64,000 nt of DNA from Octopus vulgaris (lineage: Eukaryota): positions 27,590,001 to 27,654,000 of the forward strand of contig OX597817.1 in assembly GCA_951406725.2 (NCBI GenBank), written 5' to 3'. Below are positions 26,929 through 40,374 of the stretch, piece by piece (the stretch's first letter is position 1; each line of letters opens with the position of its first letter). The notes beneath the pieces were generated by a model. It was not told the DNA's origin and searched no databases. It worked only from the letters and a program-made list of their open reading frames with translations. The translations under genes and the position numbers were made by a program.

Positions 26929-29900
26929 TTTTTCTTTGATATCGTTTCATTTAACTATTCCTCTCAAATGTCAACCAGATACTTAGGGCAGGTTCTGTTT
27001 TGTGATGGTGTCTTTTCGCAGCATAATGTATAAGTAGACTAGAAGCTAACAATTCTATTTTGTAGCAATAGCATTTTATCTCTTTCTCCGTTGCTCATCT
27101 CTTTTTGTCTTCCTTTTCCCATTTCGTATTTTTGTAATGGAAATCTGAACGACGTTGTACTAATGCAAACAACACATTTCTAAATATTCTGTGATATTTT
27201 ATTCATTTCATCAACTTTCCCGAGTTTGATCTGATAGAATAGACCAAATCTTTTCCTTAGAGAATCTCCAAGATCATTGAGATTGATATCATTAATCTTC
27301 TGCTTCAATTGTTGTAAGTCAACAACTACAGGGGTAAATATGCACTGCAAATTGTTCCACAGGATCGACATTGTAGCAACGAAGAACGTGGTGTAATTAT
27401 TAGTGAAAAATCTGGAAGATTGAAGAAACTGTGGATGTCGAGAGAATGGAAGACGTGTGAGTCGAGTCGGGTGTTCCCGAGTATAGTTGCTACAAAATCA
27501 ACCAGACTCGTGAGCAATGAACAATGCTGTAGCTGAGGAAAATGCAGTAAGATGAGACAGCACATCTGTACGACAGTGATTAGTCTGTTTTACGTGCGAC
27601 TTCATCTAAGATAGTTGCGTGACTGATTCGCTCTGCGATATAGTGTGGTAGAGATGTATTTGTGTAAATCTGTGTGTGCGCTTGTGTTGCAACGTCAGCA
27701 ATATTGAAGATGTAGTAACAGTGCATTATAGTAGGATTCACTCAAGCTTTGTTGTAGGTTAGTAATTATTTGAACGTCTAGTATTGTTTTATTCTAAAAA
27801 GAAATACCTGCCTTTGAAATGCAATGTGTGTTCCCAAAGAGAATACTCGGTGATAGTAAAGCTTAGCATTTAAAACGATCTTCCCGGAGAATGGTAAAGT
27901 GAGATGCAAAAAGATCGTAGGCTTGTACAGAAATTATGTTGTTTGCTGTAGGAGGAAGATAGCCCATTGGAATATGTTTCTGATGTTACCTCTGAAACTC
28001 AATTTGAGCTGAGTTAACGAGGTTGCAGGTGAATGAAGCTGGACTTCACAAAGCTAGGTAGATATCGTCTTCTTATCAAAAGAGAGTGGATGAAAATCTC
28101 TGAACAGTATTTAATATACAAAGAAAATCTGTTGAGTGAATACAAGTTTCATTCATGTACTTAACATTTATTTCTCTAGTTGTTCCAAAATGCAATTTTA
28201 AATGGTGGTCACATCGAATTAGCGAAGTTAAATACTGTCCGAATAGTTTAGAATTCTGGCAGAGTCGACTTAACCTCACACATTAAAGAGGTCGACAGCG
28301 ATAACCTATTAGTAATAGTCGGTATGTACAGAATTATATCCAGCTAGAAGAACTGAAAGGACTACTAGAACATTTGATATATGCCTGAAGAGTTTATTGT
28401 CATGAATTGTGAGTTATCACTGCTCCAGATTAATTTTCATACATATTGTTGAATTTTTAACAAAATAAAAAAAAGATAGGAAAGTAAAATAAGTCACAAA
28501 TGTGATGGCATTTATATGCAGCCTGCACCGAGATGCAATTAATGTTTCCACGCAATTCACTGATATGTCAGTATCTGTGATATTATTTAGATAACGAAGT
28601 TCCCGATTTAGTGATTTTTCTTCTAAATCGATATAGTTATCGCGTGAGGAAATAACAGAAGGCCGTGCGATTTTCTTTTTCCATTATACATATCGTATTC
28701 TACTTGATTTAGCTTCTCTCTGATTATTCATATCACTATATCGGCTTCTTGGTAGGAAAACATATCTTACAAAATCAACTATTTGTTTAACATGAACAAT
28801 GTGTCTGTCTTCGTGTCTTTTTCAGGAACAGGAACAAATCACTAAGACAGAAAAGAAAATTAAGGAGAAATATAGATTTCATTCGGCATAAGTCATACTT
28901 ATTTAAAATAGGAGCCATAAATCAACCTTTACATTACGGTTTTTGTAACTTCCTCAATACTACCAAACACAAATGTATGAAGATGAGCGAAAATAAAAGC
29001 TGCAGTGATCGTCATAGCAACGTAGGATACAAACATTTGTTGTATTTCCTGTAAACCCTCCCATTTTCATATTTCTTCTTGTTTTACAAGCTGATATATA
29101 TGTAAACCAGAATGCATAAGAAAAATGACTAAATTATTGATGATGTATAGAAAATACATTCAGTTTTATCCCAAAGCATTTCGAGCTGTGTAATACAAGT
29201 CTGAACAAAAGAAAAATATTAGAAAGTTAGTGATTAAAGACTTATCACTTAAAAGGTGATTGACATTAGTATATAAGTAAAATAAGTTTATAAGATCCCC
29301 GTGTAATAATAGTTTACATCATGTTTTAAATATTCAATTAAAAGTGGTACATCTATTCCGTTCAGGTACGTGGTTCAAGAAACATAATTACATCACTTTC
29401 CTAACGTATGGTATTCTTATTAGTTACTGAATGTTCTTTGAAACCATATTACAAAAGTAACTTAAGTTGAAGGGATTAGCTCTTGTTTTACAGATTCAAT
29501 TCTAAATACCTGCAAATGATGACATATAACCCACATAAAAAGAGAAAGGCCACTGTGTGATTAATAGTATAAAGCAAATATATACTCACTTACAGTGAAA
29601 TATTTTTCATTTTTACTATAATAGCTTTTGCACTTTATAGTTCCAAATGATGAATAATTATTTCAAAGTACAGCACATTATATATGAATATTTAAAAAGA
29701 ACATGTAGATTATAGTTCTTGAAAATATCACTAGTATTTACTTTAACGGTATGAAAGGAATGCATGACAACGTCTTCTATAGCAGGATTCGAAATCAGAA
29801 CATAAGAGATATCGCTAAATACTGCAAGATTCTTCTACACTCTCAAACCTATACTAAAGTAAATTATGACACTACATACCATAATGTAGAAAGTATTAAC

Positions 29901-30223
29901 GAGATATGAATCGTTGTATTTAAACAGACGCCCGGCTAAGATAACTTTATCTTGCTGTATTATATATGCATTTTCTGAAAACATAAATAATTATCTACTT
30001 CGAAATAATAGGGGAAATGATTAGGGAAACAGTAAAAATATAAGCATTGTACATGAAGCCCCTATCTGCTTCTGCTAACTACAAACCAATGTTATGTGCT
30101 GTTCTTGAATATTTTGCCAAATTTATCTAAAATATAACTAACAGCAAAATAAGATTATGAATGTAATACATTATGATAATAGAAGTGAATTTGCCTTTTT
30201 TCTTTCCTGTTGTTCACGAAATA

Positions 30224-30444
30224 TCGTAAGATTGTGGTTTCGATTCCTGGACCGGGCGACGCGTTATGTTCTTGAGCAAAACAGTTCATTTCACGTTGCT
30301 CCAGTCCACTCATCTGGCAAAATGAGTAACGCTGCGATGGACTGGCGTGCCGTCCAGCTGGGGAACACATACGCCATAGAAACCGGGAAACCGCGCCCAC
30401 GAGCCTGGTTAGGCTTTAGAAATGGCGCATTTATTTTTTATTTA
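30224..30444 (+). mobile_element. 5'-truncated SINE family C, tail type 2
   Basis: Matches the 49587-50100 units. 14-bp TSD ttgttcacgaaata at 30210-30223 and 30445-30458. Confidence 0.9.
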
Positions 30445-31606
30445 TTGTTCACGAAATACGTCATTAAAATTTTGCATGTTGTCACATAATAATAGAAAAA
30501 CTTAGTCGATGGCTAATAACCTAAGTACTTTCTCTACACTTCTCTCTGTGATACTGTCAAACTTAATTTTGCAGTCTGTGTCACACTGAAACAAATGCCC
30601 ATCCTGCTCCTTTTTTCTTAAAAATAAACTTTTTCATTCATAGTTCCTTTTATATTCTTATCTACACAACGTTCCAATTTTTCCGATATTCAACACACAC
30701 ACACGTATACCATACACTAGCCTTCACGCTCGTATTTACGTAGTAACATAGATACATGCATATGTTTGTATATACATTAGTATACATGTGTATGTTGGTG
30801 CGCGTGTGCGTTCGTATGTGTATACTTAAAAAATAAAAGATATCACAGAGAAATAAATCATGAAGGAGAATAGAAGGCATGTAAACAATGAGGTAAAATA
30901 GCGATGAGCTTAATGCTGTACGCAATAATTTTTCGAAATTTTACCTGAGGGTAAGATATAAAACAAAAAACTTAGAGACATTCAAAGAGAACGGCACCGA
31001 ATTTAAAGAAACTCTGTATAAAATTCTCAAGTTGATTTATATGATAAATTCCGATCTTTAATGTAGACAAGAGGCAGCTGCATACATATGTTACAGTTTG
31101 TTAGAAATCTTTGCAATGGTAAATATATGAAATATATGGAGAGAGATAATGGCATGACTTCAAATAACAGAACAAGAGGGTAGTGTGGAGAATGTTATAT
31201 GCTATGAAATAAAATATAAACTTTTTGAAATGCAATGAAGTTGAGACTATAGTATAAAGGCTGTGTCTAAGAGCAATATATATATATATCCATATGTGTG
31301 TGTGTGTATGTGCGTGTGTGCGTGTGTGTGTGAGTATCTGTGTGTGTGCGTGTGTGTGTGTGTGTGCGTGTGTGAGTATCTGTGTATGTGTGTGTGGGTG
31401 TTTGGAAGGACCCATTTTAAACTCTATTGGACTTTTGGACTTTACTCATAGGGTATTGGAATTTTACGTATATACCATTCTGCCTAAAAAATGGATTTAC
31501 AACTTCAATATCCATACATATCTTGCATCTATTTTCTTTCCTCCACCTCACTCTCTATTTTGTATCACATCTAAACTAACTATGACTTAACCATCCTCTC
31601 ACATCA

Positions 31607-31656
31607 TCTCCGATGAAGGGATATAATTAATAAATATGCTGGAAACAGCTGCAAGA
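31607..31656 (+). ncRNA. Hammerhead-ribozyme-like motif, probably inactivated
   Basis: tct-CCGATGA-a-gggatat...atatgct-g-GAAAC-agct-GCA-aga. Palindromic stem III loop. U4C variant and a GUA-to-GCA change. Confidence 0.55.
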
Positions 31657-31844
31657 CCTCCTATCTATAAATGTTCTAATATCTACACAGCCTTGGTTTT
31701 TTTTATCTCATTACGCAAAAAATTCTTATATAGATATATTTATTTAAATAATGAAGGAGATAAATTGAATATTAATTTAATTAATATCAATTTAAAACCA
31801 GTAGCCTAGTATATAATAATCTGAAAAATCAGAAAAAAATCTCA

Positions 31845-32112
31845 ATACATGTGTATATTTAGAGTTAAAAACCACTAGGTGGATAGCCATATGCTAGAAG
31901 AAGAAAGAATATTCTCCAGAGAAAATTTAGCGAAAACCAGAACATACGATTAATTCTTGATTTTTATATAATTTTCATCTGTCTTGCTCGCCAGTGTCCT
32001 GGTGTTCGCTGAATTTTCACTGGAGAACATTCTTTCTTTGTAGTTAGATCGTATGTGATCTTCTTCTAGCATATGGCTATCTACCTAGTGGTTTTTAGCC
32101 CTAAATATACAC

Positions 32113-32118
<6 letters not shown>
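31845..32118. repeat. Imperfect inverted repeat (foldback) ending in (TA)n
   Basis: Arms of about 100 bp, e.g. aaaaaccactaggtggatagccatatgctagaagaaga versus tcttcttctagcatatggctatctacctagtggttttt. Confidence 0.9.
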
Positions 32119-32155
<37 letters not shown>

Positions 32156-32784
32156 CACACACATATATATACATACATATAGATAAATATGTGGGTGCCT
32201 GTGTGTCTGTGTGGTTGTCTAAGAATCCATGAGTCAGAAAAAATATGCACTTATATACTTGTTGATAGAGTGAGTATGTTAACCAAAGTATACTGTATTG
32301 TAGACCCATTTCAGCCGATGTCGTCAATCGATTTCACACAATATTTGATTACAGCGCTTTTAACTAGCACCAGTTGCTCTTCACTGATAGCAGTGTATGG
32401 AAAAATATGCTGCTTGCTCTCACTAACTGGAGGCGAAAAAATTAATGTCCATTTATATTCAACGGTCAATGTATTTCTCCGTTTTGTTCGGCTGTACATT
32501 TGTGAAGGTTATACTATGGAAGAAATACATAACGAAAATATTGAGAATAATCTCTAGTAACGTTGCTAATGGGAAAATTAGATATTTCTTGCATGTAAAA
32601 AGAAATCCTTCTGTTATATTCATTCTACATTTCCATAGTTATATATAACACATTAATTTGATAGAAATTAATGTTTTGCCTTGAAATACATTAAAAAATT
32701 TAACTATATCGTTCCTTTTTGCTGATGGAATGCAGTTTTATGTGCGTTTGTGTTATATGAATATTGAATGTGTATATCTGTGCC

Positions 32785-32826
<42 letters not shown>

Positions 32827-33856
32827 TAATGTATGTATATATGTACGTACTTATGTATTACGTAATTACGTACGTACACATGTATATGTGTAGAATAAAG
32901 CGCCTTGCATCACATGATTTCTATCAAATGATATATCAAAATTTTGTAACACGCGCTGTGATTGCCTGTAAAGAATTTCACGAAGGTGTTTAAAATCTAT
33001 ATATCATATTGATTTGTCTCAAAATAGATTTAAAGGTTCATAGCTCAATATTATAAGATGGTGCTAAGATCATTTTAGAAATAAAGTAACTCATTCTTTT
33101 TTTGTTTTTGTTTTTTTCATAGACCGTTCAGTATTTTATTGATACTTTTTGGTTTCTTCATATATTCTTCATTTGTCTCTTCGTTGTTCATATTTGTTTG
33201 ATCTCTTTTTTTTTTATCTATCGGCATATTTCGTGTATGATTATGCATGAGAAACGTCCATTGAATAAGGCGTGGAAACAACTAGCGAACAAAAGCGGAA
33301 TAGTTATCCTTCGTTGATGATATTTTATTTTATATTACAAACTTAGCCTTGGCAAAGTTATTCATTCTGTATCTTAGATGCAACATATCAGGTGAAGATA
33401 AAAAGGCTGGAAATCACTGAAGCTAACAGTGAAAAAAATGTGGCAGAAATAAACGAAAAAATGTCAAGTAGAAATCTAAAACAAAAACGTCAAATGAATA
33501 AATTATCACTGAAAAAGCAATAAATTCTCGAAAAAGATAATTTCGTGAAGTGAAATATTAATAATGATTTTTTTTTCTCTTTTGCAGTAGAGGTATTATT
33601 TCATTTTTTAGCGTAATCACTCTTCCTTGATTTTCAGTTGAATGTTTTATTAATGTGTATTTTCAATTTTTTTTTTCTTCAAACTGGATTTTACAGTTTT
33701 TTTTTTTCATCTGAAATTCGGTTTTACTCGTGAGTTTCTATGTAATTTTCAACGTGTATTTGTTACAGACATTCAAATTCACTTGCTCACACTAATTCAC
33801 AGTACATTCTTACACAACAACAATAACAAAAATAACAATAATAATAATTATGTATC

Positions 33857-33892
<36 letters not shown>

Positions 33893-34061
33893 TATACACA
33901 CATATACGTATGCACACACAGAAACGTGTATGTGTATATATATATATATAGTAAACGTTTTTATTTATCTTTCTATTTCAGAATTACAACTATTAGTGGT
34001 TTGGAGTTTAACTGCTCTTTCTAGTGAGTCAGATGTCCTATTATGGCCATCCCTTATATGT

Positions 34062-34104
<43 letters not shown>

Positions 34105-34137
34105 AGCACACATACACGCGTACACGCACATCAATCA

Positions 34138-34195
<58 letters not shown>

Positions 34196-34357
34196 TATGT
34201 AAATTTCGTGTGTGTGGGGCTTAGTGATTTTATGTAGACATTTTTTTTTTAAATGGCAATTTCCACGGAGCTCTTTCATTGGAATTTAGATAATATATAC
34301 GTGATGGACTAACGAAATTATAAGCCCATATCAACTGGTCTATATGATAATCACCAC

Positions 34358-34388
<31 letters not shown>

Positions 34389-34423
34389 CTGTCTCTCTCT
34401 TTCTCTTATATATATATGTATAT

Positions 34424-34560
34424 ACGATGTGGTATGAAAAAGTTCCTGGACTAGGTATGTTTGATAAGAAATAACTTATCTATCTTAGTTTTACCATCAT
34501 CTCCTTAGAAATAGTTACTTGCGCAGCAATACACCGGTCCTAGCGTTCCTGTTACTTTGA
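34424..34560 (+). mobile_element. Mariner-like element terminal fragment
   Basis: TA followed by cgatgtggtatgaaaaagttcctggact, resembling mariner TIRs. No partner end found. Confidence 0.4.
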
Positions 34561-34579
34561 CAATGCGTAGCATCATGAG

Positions 34580-34912
34580 CAAATGTCTTCTACTATAGCT
34601 TCGGGTCGACCAAAGGCTTGTGAGTGGATATGGTAGAGGAAAGCTGAAAGAAGACCATCGTATATGTGTGTGTTTGTGTGTGTGTGTGCGTGCATGTGTC
34701 TGTCTGTCTGTCGTCTGCATTTGTCCGCCACCATCGCTTGACTACCGGTGTTGGCGTGTCTACTTCCCGGTAACCTAACGGTTCACCGAAACGAGCCCAA
34801 TAAAATAAGTTTTAGGTTTAAAGAAATTTTTTCGACTTGCTCGACTAAAACGCTTGAAGGCGGTGCCCCAGCATGACCGCAGTCATATGACTGAAACAAG
34901 TATTAGATAAAC
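34580..34912 (+). mobile_element. SINE family B, 5'-truncated
   Basis: Matches the 39247 copy, including the ggcggtgccccagcatg tail. Confidence 0.85.
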
Positions 34913-34936
34913 GATATATACAGCGAGAGATAGATA

Positions 34937-35200
34937 TGTTTCTTTATTAGCCAGACAGGACTGAACACATAGGGGACAAATTACAATGTAGAGCTTTACT
35001 TTTCGGGGAGAAAAATAGGTGGGGGTAGGTTTTCAATCAAAAGGGATCGTAAAATAAACGATCAATAGAGATCGTGTATCACAGAAATGTCATGATGTAA
35101 AGTATAAAGGGGAAACAGATAAGGTTTATCAGTGGAAAAAGCCTACGGAAAAGACCACGGTAACCTCAGTCAATAATGTCACATGTTACCACATTTATTT
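34937..35200 (-). mobile_element. Retroposon 3' UTR with L1/Tx1-type tail
   Basis: Minus strand ends tttgtcccctatgtgttcagtcctgtctggctaataaagaaac, similar to the tails at 49200-49258 and 3500-3552. Confidence 0.6.
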
Positions 35201-35212
35201 GCATAGATAGAC

Positions 35213-35279
<67 letters not shown>

Positions 35280-36116
35280 CAGATAGATGTAGGAATTAAT
35301 GAGTCTACATGCATGTGCAACTGTATGTTATGAATTTACATAGTCTTGCACACATACACTCACAGCGTACGCCTATGTGGGTGGTTAGAGAGAGTAAGCG
35401 ACCGAGAGACAAACAGACAGACCGTGAGAGCCTTGCGTGTCTATATATTTTGTTATGCGTCTTCTGTTGGCTAAACTTCTGTAATGTTTTGTCAATCTTC
35501 CCAGTTCTATTATTAGGTTATTTTTATGTTTTTAATTTGCCGTGTCTTTTCCGGTTTTATGAAACAGCTTCTGAGTTGCTATTGGCGACATTAATTACAT
35601 AATGAAGTACTCAGTATGTCTACGTATAATTTCGAGGTTATATTCCCTGGTACTTTTTGCTCATCATTTGTCGTAGAGATTATGTTGTCTTGCGTCTCCA
35701 ACTGAGCAACTAATTTTTCTCGACGTCCGTATATTTTTTCTCCTCTGCCACGTAATTTTCTCTAGCCTGTTAGACCTACACGTTAAAGGGATTTTGAGAA
35801 GAGTATCCCTTTAGCGGTCTCTCAAATCATAGACACGCACTTTACTTCTTCGTAAATTCTTATATTTTTATCTCAAGTGGTAATCGTTCCACGAATTGAT
35901 CACAATAGAATGTCACATACACTTACCCCCTAGTTTTTCCTACATTAATATAGCTTTATCTTTACATATCAGACATTATCTGTCAATGCCAGCCATTTTG
36001 GTATTTATGTCGCATTAGGTGCTAACTCTTAAATGTCGTTAAAATACTTTCGATAAAAGTTCAGTTTTTCTGCAAGTAGCACATACTAAAGTTCTCACTT
36101 TATTGTTATGAACTTG

Positions 36117-36167
<51 letters not shown>

Positions 36168-36171
<4 letters not shown>

Positions 36172-36379
36172 TAATCCAAACGGGAAAACAGAAAAAACAA
36201 CAACACGTGGAACAATTACAGTATTATTATTATTAGGCGCTCAGGAAAATGGAAGAAGGAGGGTATGACGTTTCGAGCGGAGCTCTTCGTCGGAAACATA
36301 GGAGAAAGAAAGATCCCGAGACGGGAGGACAGAGGAAAAAAAAATTGCAGGTAGTCTTCACGAGGTCACATACTAAAAA

Positions 36380-36381
<2 letters not shown>
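36168..36381 (-). mobile_element. (TA)n-flanked Penelope-like pLTR or retrozyme-like element
   Basis: Unique ~210-bp island between two (TA)n tracts, containing a hammerhead-like motif. Confidence 0.65.
36263..36297 (-). ncRNA. Minimal type-I hammerhead ribozyme candidate
   Basis: Minus strand gttt-CCGACGA-a-GAGC tcc GCTC-GAAACGTC-atac. Palindromic ACGT stem III, GUC triplet, one mismatch in stem I. Confidence 0.7.
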
Positions 36382-36425
<44 letters not shown>

Positions 36426-36476
36426 CCACACATGATGATTGCTCCGCACGTGTGGCAGTGTGGTAAGAAGCTTACT

Positions 36477-37750
36477 TACTGCGCATGCGTCGGTTTATTC
36501 GCAGTGTTGATTTTTGACGATTCAGACGGAATTATTTGTGCTGCTTGGCAGCGGTTTGTGAGTGGGTGTTATATCAGTAGAAAAAATGTATTCAGATCTC
36601 AGCGAGTATGAGCTGTCCTCAACGGAGGAAGAGCTCGTTAAGGCGGTAAATACAATGGACGAGCATTTGGAAAGAGAAGAGTTTTACTGAGGCTGTAGAG
36701 GTGACGAAAAGGGAGATGGACCTAGCCGAACTGAAGAGCTGAGTAAGATGATACAGAAGGTGGGCAGTGACGTGAAGTTATTACCCCCGTAAAGGGTTAT
36801 GGGAAATATTGAAAAGAAGACCATTACTTACAAGGTGTACTCAGTGGAGAGTAGAAAGGTGGAACAGATGGATACCGAAATATAGAAAAAGCACTGAAAA
36901 AACTTTCGAAGGAAATGACATACATAACGAAAGGATATAGATATGGAATTGTCCAGTTTAGTACAGCGGAGGAGGCAAAGAGGCTGGCGCGTGCAACTGT
37001 AAAAACGGAGGAAGTGGTACTTCTACCCTCGTACCTTGGAAGAAAGACTTCTAAGGTGAGAGTAGAAGGAATACCATCCGATATAGAAGTGGCTTGGGTT
37101 GCGGCACCACCCTCGTTGGTAGTGAGGAGGAGGTGGATGTCCTCCAAGCCACAGAGATGGAGGAAGGAGGATGTAGAGGGAAAGCATTGGAATTCATCGT
37201 ACAAGCGGAGGCGAAGCAGCTGGAAAATTTGGCGGAGACAGTGACGTTGAGAGAAATTGTATTGAGAGTATGGGTAGAGGGCAGAGTTCCGCGAGGCTTT
37301 AAATGTGGCCAAAAAGGCCACTTTAGAGCGCACTGTCCTCTACAGAGAAAAACGACAGAAGAAGCGGTGGTGGAAACGGAGGAGAAAAAGGAAGAAGTAC
37401 AGATAGATGGAAGGAACAAGGAGGATGAATGCACAGTGAGAGAGAATAAAAGGAAAAAGCGGAAGAAGACGAAGAACAGTCAGTGTAATGTGGGACCCCA
37501 GACCAACTCCATCTCACACACGACCACTCAGACCCACCCTCCCCATACAGACACCGAACATAGGAAAAAGAAGAAAGAACAGATACCACAAAATTTACTC
37601 GACCCTCTCCCGGTAAAAAGAAGGTTACGTGTACATGGAGGAGAGAGTGTTGTCACTCAGCGATGGGGAAAACATTAAAGGAAAGACTAAAGAGTACTCA
37701 GGACTCAGAGGTGGCGAGTGGTGTTAGTCAGTGTGGAGTGAGTAACACAC
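36477..37750 (+). mobile_element. L1/Tx1-type ORF1 (gag-like) pseudogene with zinc knuckle
   Basis: ATG at 36586. Frameshifted ORF with RRM-like VQFSTAEEA and KVRVEGIP, then RVWVEGRVPR(G)FKCGQKGHFRAHC (CX2CX4HX4C, first C mutated). No ORF2 downstream. Confidence 0.85.
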
Positions 37751-37849
37751 TTTTCATATTCTCATTTCTGAGTTATCATCCTTGTATCATCTTAATATTT
37801 ATATACACGAGCAGTTGGAAAACCGATTATTGCAGCGATTCCATCTAAG

Positions 37850-37885
37850 AATATCTGAAGGAATATTATTCCGAAATATCATATT
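37850..37885 (+). ncRNA. Minimal hammerhead-like motif with a 2-nt core deletion
   Basis: aatat-CTGAA(GA missing)-GGAAT att ATTCC-GAAATATC-atatt: perfect 5-bp stems I and II, palindromic ATAT stem III, AUC triplet. Confidence 0.6.
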
Positions 37886-37994
37886 GGATTATGGATGACT
37901 AAATTACAACAGGTATATAGTCCATTGTCTGTATTATAGTGCATAGTTATACCATTCAAAACTTTTTATACTTTACATATATACACATATATTT

Positions 37995-38031
<37 letters not shown>

Positions 38032-38119
38032 CAGATATACATACACACATTACACACACACACATTGCCTGTATTATAGTGCATTGTTACACCATTCAAA
38101 ACGTTTTATTCTTTACATA

Positions 38120-38425
38120 TATACACATATATTTACATATATATACACACACACATATATATATACACATATATATATACACACATATATATATATACAC
38201 ACACATATATATATACACACACATATATATATACACACACATATATATATATACACACATATATATATATACACACATATATATATATATACACACATAT
38301 ATATATATATATACACACACACATATATATATACACACACACATATATATATATACATATATATACACATATATAAATGCACACATTACACACACATACA
38401 CACTCACACAAATATATATATATAC
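38120..38425. repeat. Compound TA/CA minisatellite with ~18-bp period
   Basis: Repeated atatatatatacacacac units. Confidence 0.9.
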
Positions 38426-38966
38426 AAATAAAGTTCAACTTTCTAATGTCGTTTCTTCGTTGGAACCAAACTTACTCTTCAAAAAGGAAATCCGTAGAAT
38501 GAATTCGTGATATGCTGCAACGGTGAATTTTATAGATTTTAAATTAACATATTTAAAATTTTCAAAACAATTTCAGAATTTGCATATAGGTAACCCTCAT
38601 TTCATTGTACTTGTTTAGAACAAATTATTTAAATTAATTAAATATCCAGGAAAGCATTCTAATTAGCAAATTAGAGCATTCATATCAAATTATATGAAAT
38701 TTTATGTAATTGTGTTTGTGCGCCCGCCCGCAGATGTGTGTACATTTTCAATAAGGAATCGATAAGAGATATTCAGTGATGGACTCAATACTAATCATAT
38801 AATACTTATATGGTATATGCTTAAATATCCAAATATGTCGTCCGTTTAATAACGCTGTTCTTTTTGAAAAATCAAGCCTATTTCTTAAAGGAGAATAATA
38901 TAATAAGCTAAAAAAATAGAGAGGTAGTTAATAAATTACTTATTAATTAAAACATTGACAAACATC

Positions 38967-39049
38967 CCTTACAGCTGTTTCAGTTCAAAACCTTCAGAAA
39001 ATTAATTAATATAATTAAAAATTATTTGAAAGTCGAATCCCTTCAGAGG
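38967..39049 (-). ncRNA. Hammerhead-like motif with long AT-rich stem II
   Basis: Minus strand cct-CTGAAGG-gattcgactttca...tgaaggttttgaact-GAAAC agct GTA-agg. One core substitution (A9G). Confidence 0.5.
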
Positions 39050-39246
39050 TAGTTTAAGATATACAAAATAGCTGCTCGATCCCTGCTTGTTGAGTAAACT
39101 GTTGCTAACTGTTAATTAAATTGAGTATTAATTGTAATGTTCAACTTTTTTTGTATAGGTAACCAGTATTTTCATAGAATTTTGCTATTCCTGAATGAGG
39201 TTTGTAACCTTTATTTTGTGTGTGTGCATATATATATATATATATA

Positions 39247-39668
39247 GGCGCAGGAGTGGCTGTGTGGTAAGTAGCTTGTTTACCAATCACATGGTCCCGG
39301 GTTCAGTCCCACTGCGTGGCACCTTGGGCAAGTGTCTTCTACTATAGCCCCGGGCCGACCAAAGCCTTGTGAGTGGATTTGGTAGACAGAAACTGAAAGA
39401 AGCCCGTCGTATATATGTATATATATATATATATATATTTATGCGTGTGTGTGTGTTTGTGTGTATGTGTTTGTCCCCCTATCATTGCTTGACAACCGAT
39501 GTTGGTGTGTTTATGTCTCCGTTACTTAGCGGTTCGGCAAAAGAGACCGATAGAACAAGTACTCGGCTTACAAAAGAATAAGTCCAGGGGTCGAGTTGCT
39601 CGTTGTAAGGCGGTGCTCCAGCATGGCCGCAGTCAGATGACTGAAACGAGTAAAAGAGTAAAAGAGTA
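39247..39668 (+). mobile_element. SINE family B, full length
   Basis: ggcgcaggagtggctgtgtggtaag head, ggttcagtccc B-box-like motif, internal microsatellite, (gagtaaaa) tail. Confidence 0.92.
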
Positions 39669-39725
39669 TATATATTCACACACACATACACACACACACA
39701 TAAATATGTATGTGTGTATGTAGGC

Positions 39726-39775
<50 letters not shown>

Positions 39776-40374
39776 TCTATTTCCCCGGAATCAGTAAATC
39801 ACATTAAGTAATTAGATAATAGTATATTAGTGTTTATGTAATTGCTACAATTGTTTTAAAAACGCCGGTGATAATCGATTTAAATATTGGCTAGGGCTTC
39901 TCGCTGTGTACATGCTGAAGATTTTGCCTGCCATTCAAGCGTTCATATACGAAATCACTGAAAAACTTCTCGCATTTGTTCGTTCACATGTATAGTAAAA
40001 CTCAGAAACTAATTGATATTTATGAAATGAATTTGATACAAACCTTGTATTAAAGTATTGTTATACTAACCTACCGCTTCATAAACTTATATTTTTCTCT
40101 TCATTTCTATATTTATTATATCTATTGTATTTTTTTAAAAAATAGATATTTTCACAACGCAAAATGGAAATAAAATGATAAAATTCAGTTCTCTTCATCT
40201 GTTTCTGCTAAGTTTTCATAAAGGTAAAAACTAATTGCTAGTCCAATCGATTCATTTCTCTTTCTCTATATATTTCATATAATTATTAAATAGCAACAAT
40301 AACAGAAATAAAATTGAAAGGGATAACAAGCACAATAACAATGACAGGAAAATTACTACTACAAATAAGAACCC

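Noticed and set aside
27180-27480. Tc1/mariner transposase C-terminal remnant (LWNNLQ...LQQLKQKI)
   Set aside because: Resemblance is weak, with no DDE/D motif or TIR found.
33400-33760. A-rich then T-rich segment suggesting an old foldback
   Set aside because: Only short complementary patches, explainable by base composition.
36824-37434. Minus-strand ORFs of 169 and 127 aa
   Set aside because: Antisense shadows of the purine-rich ORF1 pseudogene.
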